Below are positions 58,115-64,000 of a stretch of DNA of 64,000 bases, piece by piece (the stretch's first letter is position 1; each line of letters opens with the position of its first letter). A model generated the notes under the pieces. That model was given only the letters and a program-made list of their open reading frames with translations, was not told where the DNA came from and ran no database searches. The stretch comes from an uncultured Acidobacteriota bacterium. GTDB lineage: Bacteria > Acidobacteriota > Terriglobia > Terriglobales > Acidobacteriaceae. The translations under genes were made by a program, and so were the position numbers. Location: NCBI GenBank assembly GCA_963850425.1, contig CAWKLF010000008.1:154421-218420 (forward strand). The letters run 5' to 3'.

Positions 58115-59410
58115 ATGACCCTAAAGGAAGTTCGAGTCGGCATCGTCGGGTTCGGAACAGTAGGCCGTGCCACGGCTGACATCATCGCCAAACACGGGGA
58201 CCTCATTTCCCATCGCAGCGGCATCCGGCTTGCCGTCACGGCAGTCTGCCGCCGATCCAGCATCGATCGCACCGACACGCCCGCAAACGCGCGCGTGTAC
58301 ACCGACTGGAAGCAACTGCTGCAAGACCCCAACGTCGACGTCGTCGTCGAAACTGTGGGCGGCACCGGCGATTCGCTCCAGCTCGTACGTAGCTCCCTTG
58401 AGCAGGGCAAGCCTGTGGTCACCGCCAACAAGAATCTTCTCGCCGGCCACGGAGACGAACTCTTTTCGCTTGCCGTAGCCCGCAGGCTGCCTATCGGATT
58501 CGAAGCCAGCGTGGCCGGCGGCATCCCCATCCTGCGCGTCATCCATGAGTCGACAGCCGGCGACCGTCTCCGCTCCGTCCACGGAATTTTGAACGGAACA
58601 GCCAACTACATCCTCACCCAGATGGAGAGCCGCGGCATCGAGTTTGCTGAAGCTCTTGCCGAAGCCCAGAAAGCTGGGTTCGCGGAAGCTGACCCTTCTT
58701 TCGACATCGACGGACAAGATGCTCGCGACAAGCTCTGCATTCTCGCCCGCATGGCGTTCGAGGGCGCCCTCGATGTCGGGCACATTCCGACTTATGGCAT
58801 CCGCCATGTCCGCGCCATCGACATCCACTCCGCCAATCGTCTCGAAAGCACCATTCGTCTGGTTGGTTCCGCACAGCAGACCGACGCGGGCCTTGAAGTT
58901 TCGGTCCGTCCATGGCTCGTCAGCCGCCGCTCCATGCTGGCCAAGGTCGAGGGAGTGAACAACGCCGTCTTCCTCGTCGGAGACAAGATCGGCACGCAAA
59001 TGTTCTACGGCCGGGGCGCTGGGGGCGACGCGACGGGATCCGCGGTGGTTTCCGACCTCATCGAAATCGCGCGCGACTTCGCCGCCGGCCAACTTACCGC
59101 CAAGAACATCCCGGGCTTCCTGAGTTCGCGCCAGCTGCCGCTATCCCAACATCCCCGGCCCGTCAGTTGGTACCTCAGGCTGACCGTAAAAGATCAGCGC
59201 GGAATCGTAGCCCGCGTCGCTGAGGTGATCGCGCAGGAATCCATCAACATCGATTCCCTTGAGCAAGAACCGCACCTGCCCAAGGACCGCGTCTCCTTCG
59301 TTATCACCGTTGAGCCGGTTTCCGAACCCGTAATTCGCCGCGCCATCAACAAAATCAACGAATTCGAATTCATGGTCGAACCCGTTTTGCTGCTCCGCAT
59401 CGAGGAATGA
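58115..59410 (+). CDS. hom: Homoserine dehydrogenase
   Basis: 431 aa. VGIVGFGTVGRA, NGTANYILT, and a C-terminal ACT domain. Confidence 0.9.
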   Translation: MTLKEVRVGIVGFGTVGRATADIIAKHGDLISHRSGIRLAVTAVCRRSSIDRTDTPANARVYTDWKQLLQDPNVDVVVETVGGTGDSLQLVRSSLEQGKPVVTANKNLLAGHGDELFSLAVARRLPIGFEASVAGGIPILRVIHESTAGDRLRSVHGILNGTANYILTQMESRGIEFAEALAEAQKAGFAEADPSFDIDGQDARDKLCILARMAFEGALDVGHIPTYGIRHVRAIDIHSANRLESTIRLVGSAQQTDAGLEVSVRPWLVSRRSMLAKVEGVNNAVFLVGDKIGTQMFYGRGAGGDATGSAVVSDLIEIARDFAAGQLTAKNIPGFLSSRQLPLSQHPRPVSWYLRLTVKDQRGIVARVAEVIAQESINIDSLEQEPHLPKDRVSFVITVEPVSEPVIRRAINKINEFEFMVEPVLLLRIEE

Positions 59411-59446
59411 AGCAGCCGCGCGGGAGGCACACCAGAGAGATTGCCC

Positions 59447-59475
59447 TTGACTCGGCCGTCAGGAACATTTACAAA
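59447..59475 (+). promoter_or_regulatory. Sigma70-like promoter upstream of ilvBN
   Basis: TTGACT (59447-52), a 17-nt spacer, then TACAAA (59470-75). Confidence 0.45.
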
Positions 59476-59498
59476 CGTCGGATACTCGTTGGTGCCTG

Positions 59499-59600
59499 AT
59501 GCAAGCTTTCGCACCCAATTCGACGCGAATTGTACGGAGCCGCCGACTTATTTGCGCTGGCGTCGTACGGGTATTTGTAGGAAACGACTGCAGCGGATGA
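59499..59600 (+). promoter_or_regulatory. Candidate branched-chain (Val-rich) leader peptide ORF MQAFAPNSTRIVRSRRLICAGVVRVFVGNDCSG*
   Basis: Hand translation. The C-terminal part, AGVVRVFVGN, recalls the E. coli ilvBN leader as I remember it (...AAVVVVRVVVVVGNAP). A 15-bp terminator hairpin starts 24 nt after the stop. Confidence 0.4.
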
Positions 59601-59623
59601 TGTAACGCTCAGCCAAGCTTCTG

Positions 59624-59665
59624 AACGGGCCATCATCCAAACGAGGATGATGGCCCGTTTGTCTT
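59624..59665 (+). terminator. Strong hairpin + T-rich tail between hom and ilvB (attenuator or hom terminator)
   Basis: AACGGGCCATCATCC (59624-38) pairs with GGATGATGGCCCGTT (59645-59), a 15-bp perfect stem, followed by TGTCTT. GGATGATG at 59595-59602, which overlaps the leader stop codon, is complementary to CATCATCC in the 5' arm. Confidence 0.65.
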
Positions 59666-59792
59666 AAGCTGAATTTACGGCACCCGCGATACGAAGTCTG
59701 TAGCGGCGGGCTGCCTGCCCTGAGCGAAGTGAAGGACCGTCGTCTGCCAAGCGAGCGGCTCAGATGACAGATGAAGACAAGGGAGTGACACA

Positions 59793-61505
59793 ATGACAAA
59801 AACCGGCGCACAAATCCTCTGGGAGTGTCTGGAGCGCGAAAACGTAACACATGTGTTCGGCTATCCCGGCGGCGCCATCCTTCCCGCCTACGACGCCTTG
59901 AAGCACAGCAAAATTCATCACGTCCTGGTGCGTCACGAGCAGGGCGCCACGCACATGGCTGATGGCTACGCGCGAGCCAGTGGTGAAGTGGGCGTCGCCG
60001 TCGCTACCTCGGGGCCGGGCGCCACCAACATGGTCACCGGCATCGCCACCGCCATGCTCGATTCCTCGCCCATCGTTTGCATCACTGGTCAAGTCGGCAG
60101 CAAGCTGATCGGTTCCGACGCCTTTCAGGAGACCGACATCACCGGCGTCACCCTACCGATCACCAAGCACAATTACCTCGTGACCCACGCCAACGAAGTG
60201 GCCCGCACTATTCGCGAGGCCTTCTACGTTGCCCGCTCCGGCCGCCCGGGCCCCGTGCTTGTCGACATCACGAAAGACGCGCAGCAGACCACCTGCGAAT
60301 TCGACTGGGATGCCGCCAAGCCGCAATTGCCCGGCTACCGTCCCGACCTGTCGCCCGACGCGAAAGAGTACGAGCAGGCCCTCGAACTGATCCAGAACGC
60401 CAAGCGTCCCGTGATTCTTGCGGGCCACGGCATCATCATCTCCGGCGCCATGAAGGAAGTTCGCGACTTCGCTGAACGCACGGGAATCCCGGTCGCGCTC
60501 ACCTTGCTGGGCCTCGGCGCTCTCCCAGCCTCGCATCCACTCAATCTAGGCATGATGGGCATGCACGGCGAAGCCTGGGTCAATCACACTATTCAGGAAG
60601 CCGACCTCCTCCTTGCCTTCGGCATGCGCTTCGACGATCGCGTCACCGGAAATCTGAAAACCTACGCCCCTAACGCAAAGAAGATTCACGTAGAAATCGA
60701 TCCCGCCGAGATCAACAAGAACGTGAAAGTCGATGTTGCCCTGGTCGGCGATCTGCGTGAGGTCCTGCACGAACTCCTGCCGCACGTGAGTTCCGTCAAT
60801 CGCAGCGACTGGCTCGATTTCATTGATCAACTCAAGGGCGACGCGGCCGTGCGCGACATCCAGAACCTTCCCGACAACGGCCACCTTTATGCCGCGCACG
60901 TGATTAATGACCTTTGGCACGAAACCCGGGACGTGGATTCCATCGTGGTCACTGATGTCGGCCAGCACCAGATGTGGGAGGCACAGTACTACAAACACGA
61001 ACGGCCCCGCTCCCTCATCACCTCGGGTGGTCTGGGCACAATGGGCTTTGCCTTGCCTGCCGCCATCGGTGCGAAAGTTGCGCGTCCCGAATCGGAAGTG
61101 TGGGTGGTAGTCGGAGACGGCGGATTCCAGATGACGATGTCCGAACTCGCCACCCTCGTGCAGGAAAATCTGAAAGTCAACATCGCCATCATTAACAATG
61201 GCTTCCTCGGCATGGTGCGTCAGTGGCAGGAATTTTTCTACGAACGCAACTACCAGGCGACGCCCCTGCTGAATCCCGACTTCGCCAAACTCGCTGACGC
61301 CTACGGCATCCGCAGCGCCACGGTTACGAAGCGCTCCGAAGTCGTGCCCACTGTCCGCGACGCGCGCCGGCACAACGGTCCCGTGCTGATCAACTTCAAA
61401 GTCGAACAGGAAGACACCGTCTATCCGATGGTCGCCGCGGGAGCATCGCTTCACGAGATGATTCGCCGTCCCAGCCCGATCGTGGAAACGGCGGCTGACG
61501 AGTAA
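59793..61505 (+). CDS. ilvB: Acetolactate synthase, large (catalytic) subunit
   Basis: 570 aa. GAQILWECLERENVTHVFGYPGGAILP and a ThDP motif GDGGFQM...NNGFLGMV. Confidence 0.9.
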   Translation: MTKTGAQILWECLERENVTHVFGYPGGAILPAYDALKHSKIHHVLVRHEQGATHMADGYARASGEVGVAVATSGPGATNMVTGIATAMLDSSPIVCITGQVGSKLIGSDAFQETDITGVTLPITKHNYLVTHANEVARTIREAFYVARSGRPGPVLVDITKDAQQTTCEFDWDAAKPQLPGYRPDLSPDAKEYEQALELIQNAKRPVILAGHGIIISGAMKEVRDFAERTGIPVALTLLGLGALPASHPLNLGMMGMHGEAWVNHTIQEADLLLAFGMRFDDRVTGNLKTYAPNAKKIHVEIDPAEINKNVKVDVALVGDLREVLHELLPHVSSVNRSDWLDFIDQLKGDAAVRDIQNLPDNGHLYAAHVINDLWHETRDVDSIVVTDVGQHQMWEAQYYKHERPRSLITSGGLGTMGFALPAAIGAKVARPESEVWVVVGDGGFQMTMSELATLVQENLKVNIAIINNGFLGMVRQWQEFFYERNYQATPLLNPDFAKLADAYGIRSATVTKRSEVVPTVRDARRHNGPVLINFKVEQEDTVYPMVAAGASLHEMIRRPSPIVETAADE

Positions 61506-61511
61506 ACCAAC

Positions 61512-62063
61512 ATGATGAACACTTTTGTGGTCTACGTCGAAAATAAACCGGGCGTGCTCACTCGCGTCGCTTCCCTGTTTCGCCGGCGCGCCTTCAACAT
61601 CGACTCCCTCACCGTCGGCCGCACCGAGAAGCCCGAAGTCTCGCGCATGACGATCACCGCCGAAGCCGATCGCGACCAGGCGCGCCGCATCGAGGCCAAT
61701 CTCTACAAGCTCGTGAATGTCCTGTTGGTCGAAAACATCACCAACGAACCCGCCATCGTCCGCGACCTCGCCATGATCAAGGTGGCCGCCACCCACGAGG
61801 CCCGCTCGCACGTCCTGGAATTGGCCAGCGTGTTCCGCGCCCGCGTCGTCGACGTTGCCCCCGATTCGCTCACCATCGAAATCACCGGCGCGGAAGACAA
61901 GATCGACGGCCTGCTCGAGGTCCTTCGCCCATACGGCGTTCTGGAGATGGTACGCACCGGAATCGTCGCCATGCGCCGTGGCAGCAAATCGTCGATCGGA
62001 AACGCTGCAAGCAGCACGCTGGCCCAGATAGCCGCCGATGACGACGTTTCCTACTCGGTCTAG
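61512..62063 (+). CDS. ilvN: Acetolactate synthase, small (regulatory) subunit
   Basis: 183 aa. ACT domain (VENKPGVLTRVASLFRRRAFNIDSLTVG) plus the ALS_ss_C domain. Confidence 0.9.
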   Translation: MMNTFVVYVENKPGVLTRVASLFRRRAFNIDSLTVGRTEKPEVSRMTITAEADRDQARRIEANLYKLVNVLLVENITNEPAIVRDLAMIKVAATHEARSHVLELASVFRARVVDVAPDSLTIEITGAEDKIDGLLEVLRPYGVLEMVRTGIVAMRRGSKSSIGNAASSTLAQIAADDDVSYSV

Positions 62064-62170
62064 AAAATGGCCTCGGAAATACCACGAGCCGAGGGTGCCC
62101 CATGTTTGCGCGCTCTTTGCGCAAACATGGGATTCCACGCCTGCCGCAAACTAGACTCTTACCCTACATT

Positions 62171-62290
62171 TTTAAGAGTGTCATCCTGAGCGCAGCGAAG
62201 GACCTATGCATTTAAGAGTGTCATCCCGAGCGCAGCGAAGGACCTATGCATTTAAGAGTGTCATCCTGAGCGCAGCGAAGGACCTATGCA
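62171..62290. repeat. Three perfect-tandem copies of a 40-bp unit TTTAAGAGTGTCATCC(T/C)GAGCGCAGCGAAGGACCTATGCA
   Basis: The units are at 62171-62210, 62211-62250 and 62251-62290. The only difference is T>C at 62226. They lie between the convergent ilvN and ackA genes. Confidence 0.9.
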
Positions 62291-62333
62291 TTGTGATGGA
62301 GACGCTACGGGGCCCATATCTCCTCAGACTCCC

Positions 62334-63575
62334 TCAGGACGAACGCGCCTCCCCTAAAACACATCGCACCGTATCCCGCGCAATCACAAGTTCTTCATCC
62401 GTCGGAATCGCGTACACCGCTGCTTTCGAGGAATCACTGCTGATCAATCCCTCTTGCCCGACAGTCCTCTGATTCCGCTCCGCATCCATCACGACCCCTG
62501 CCCATTCCATCCCTGCACAGATCTGTGCGCGAATCGCCGGAGAATTTTCCCCAATCCCACCCGTAAACACGATTCCATCCGCGCCTCCCATCCCTGCCAG
62601 ATACGCTCCGATATATTTGCGTGCGCGGTAGCAGAAAATATCAATTGCCAGTTGTGCGCGACGATTGCCGGCCTTTGCCGCAGCCTGCAGTTCCCGCATA
62701 TCATTCGTGAGCCCCGACACGCCCAGCAAACCCGATCTTTTATTTAGCAGCACTTCGACGTCCGGGGCGGATAAGTTTTCTCGGGCAGCAATCACCGAGA
62801 CAACCGCCGGATCCAAATCTCCCGAACGGCTCCCCATCACCAAGCCCTCCAGCGGAGTCATGCCCATCGAAGTATCCACGGAGCGCCCGTGCTTGATCGC
62901 AGTTGCGGAGCAGCCGTTTCCGAGGTGCAGGGTGATCACATTTGTCTCTTCCATCGTCAAACTGCGCAGCGACCGGTAGCGCTCTGCCACGAACCGATGC
63001 GATGTCCCATGAAATCCGTATCGCCGGATGCGGTGTCGCTCATAAAAATCGAATGGGATCGCATACGCGTATGCGTGCTCGGCAATGGAATGATGAAACG
63101 CCGTGTCGAACACGGCAACCTGCGGAACCTTCGCGCCCAGGATCTTCTGCGCAGCCACAATGCCTTTAATGTTGTCGAGGTTGTGAAGTGGCGCCAACTG
63201 GCTGCACGCCTCGATCCCTTTTAGAACCTCCTCCGTCACTACTACGGACTCGACGAAGCGCTCACCGCCATGCACCACGCGATGCCCAACCGCATGCACG
63301 TCTTCCGGGCCGCGCACTTCTGACAGTTCGGACTGATCTGACGTCACCCACCGGATCACGAAGTCGAGCGCTGCGCCGATGTCCGGCAAAGAAGCCGTCA
63401 GCGTGTGCCGCGCCCCATCCTTCTTTTTGAGCGTAACCTTCGCATCTCCGCCAAACTGTTCCACCTCCCCACGAAGCAGCCGCACATCCGCGTTCCGCCG
63501 AGCATGCTCCGGGTCCGTGCTGATGAGCTGAAACTTAAGGCTGGAACTGCCCGAGTTTAGAACGAGAACGTTCAT
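62334..63575 (-). CDS. ackA: Acetate kinase
   Basis: 413 aa. MNVLVLNSGSSSLKFQL, HRVVHGG, and YGFHGTSH. Confidence 0.9.
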   Translation of the reverse strand: MNVLVLNSGSSSLKFQLISTDPEHARRNADVRLLRGEVEQFGGDAKVTLKKKDGARHTLTASLPDIGAALDFVIRWVTSDQSELSEVRGPEDVHAVGHRVVHGGERFVESVVVTEEVLKGIEACSQLAPLHNLDNIKGIVAAQKILGAKVPQVAVFDTAFHHSIAEHAYAYAIPFDFYERHRIRRYGFHGTSHRFVAERYRSLRSLTMEETNVITLHLGNGCSATAIKHGRSVDTSMGMTPLEGLVMGSRSGDLDPAVVSVIAARENLSAPDVEVLLNKRSGLLGVSGLTNDMRELQAAAKAGNRRAQLAIDIFCYRARKYIGAYLAGMGGADGIVFTGGIGENSPAIRAQICAGMEWAGVVMDAERNQRTVGQEGLISSDSSKAAVYAIPTDEELVIARDTVRCVLGEARSS

Positions 63576-63602
63576 GAGATCTGAGGGAACGAAGAGAGAG
63601 CA

Positions 63603-63641
63603 CTCTCCGCGTTCTCTGCGGGTGTCTCTGCGTCCTCTGCG
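63603..63641. repeat. Four closely spaced direct copies of a (C/T)CTCTGCG-like motif in the xfp-ackA spacer
   Basis: The copies are CTCTCCGCG (63603-11), TCTCTGCG (63613-20), TCTCTGCG (63625-32) and CCTCTGCG (63634-41). Confidence 0.6.
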
Positions 63642-63728
63642 TTTTAAGGTTCTGAAGGGAACTCTGCCTGTGACTTTGCGCCCTTTGCACGCCCGCCAGC
63701 ACCCTCGCAGTTAAAGGCTTTGACCTTC

Positions 63729-64000
63729 CTAGTAGGGCCACTTCCAGTTCTTGATCTCGGGCATATCGTCCCCGCGGTCATCTACGTACTGCTTGTGATC
63801 CACGAGCTTATTCCGCAGGAACTGCTTGAAGTGCGCCCCCATCCGCTGCAACCGGGGAACGCGATCAATTACATCCCCCGCCAGGTGGAAGCGGTCCAGA
63901 TCGTTCTGCACCGCCATGTCGAACGGAGTAGTCGTCGTGCCCTCTTCCTTGTAACCGCGCACGTGCAGGTTATCGTGATTGGTCCGTCGATAGGTGAGTC
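63729..64000 (-). CDS. xfp: Phosphoketolase (xylulose-5-P/fructose-6-P), C-terminal end only
   Basis: The frame is open to the window edge and reads ...[42 protein letters not shown]...[28 protein letters not shown] is the conserved phosphoketolase C-terminal signature. It is followed by ackA, the usual partner. Confidence 0.85.
   Translation of the reverse strand, partial: LTYRRTNHDNLHVRGYKEEGTTTTPFDMAVQNDLDRFHLAGDVIDRVPRLQRMGAHFKQFLRNKLVDHKQYVDDRGDDMPEIKNWKWPY

Noticed and set aside
62171-62290. Possible CRISPR array.
   Set aside because: The repeats are directly abutting with no spacers, there are only three units, and no cas genes occur in the window.
1-64000. Mobile elements, prophage, toxin-antitoxin or defence islands.
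   Set aside because: No integrase, transposase, phage structural gene, restriction-modification system, nuclease/helicase defence gene or TA-sized gene pair was recognised. The only accessory-looking block is the cytochrome island, which has no flanking tRNA, direct repeats or recombinase.

Overview
A 64 kb chromosomal segment, roughly 58-60% GC by eye, densely coding on both strands. Gene content and the intergenic repeat family suggest an Acidobacteriota-like organism, but that is inference only. Most of the window is housekeeping metabolism.

Left to right:
- A TetR regulator divergent from a putative glycine-betaine/sarcosine catabolic trio (the CrtI-like oxidoreductase is frameshifted).
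- dps.
- A split kdpD / kdpE regulatory locus with no kdpFABC in the window.
- A sulfate-assimilation operon: sir, siroheme genes, cysH, then a TauE/DUF1634 exporter pair.
- An 8-gene his operon (hisIGDCBHFA).
- An ATP-grasp + Zn-peptidase pair, a YpfJ peptidase, an HpcH aldolase, gluQ, a DAACS symporter and an aldehyde dehydrogenase.
- A tight K+ channel / GH63 / pentaheme cytochrome operon.
- A roughly 12.5 kb redox island (34.4-46.8 kb).
- zwf, then a FecR + CHASE2 adenylate cyclase pair.
- A double-GlcG lipoprotein and a CXXCH + 5x Ig-like-repeat secreted protein.
- lysC-hom, ilvBN, and ackA with the end of xfp.

Two things stand out.

1. The redox island consists of two convergent operons.
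   - The plus-strand operon encodes a NuoE/NuoF fusion flavoprotein and a NuoG-N-terminus / polyferredoxin protein interrupted by two cyclic-nucleotide-binding domains. It also encodes a His-rich 5-TM membrane protein and a membrane-anchored decaheme cytochrome c.
   - The minus-strand operon encodes an outer-membrane beta-barrel and a 9-10-heme cytochrome fused to an LVIVD beta-propeller.
   - I read this as a candidate, uncharacterised, cNMP-gated NADH-to-periplasm/outer-membrane electron conduit (or the reverse direction).
   - Two of its six genes carry apparent +1 frameshifts.

2. There appear to be three leader-peptide transcription attenuators.
   - A clear His leader (8 His in 11 codons) sits before hisI.
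   - A Cys leader (MCCCTCCC, 6 Cys in 7 codons), divergent from the His leader in the same intergenic region, sits before the sulfite-reductase operon. I do not know this as an established mechanism.
   - A weaker Val-rich candidate lies before ilvBN.

No rRNA, tRNA, CRISPR array, transposase, integrase or recognisable defence gene was seen.
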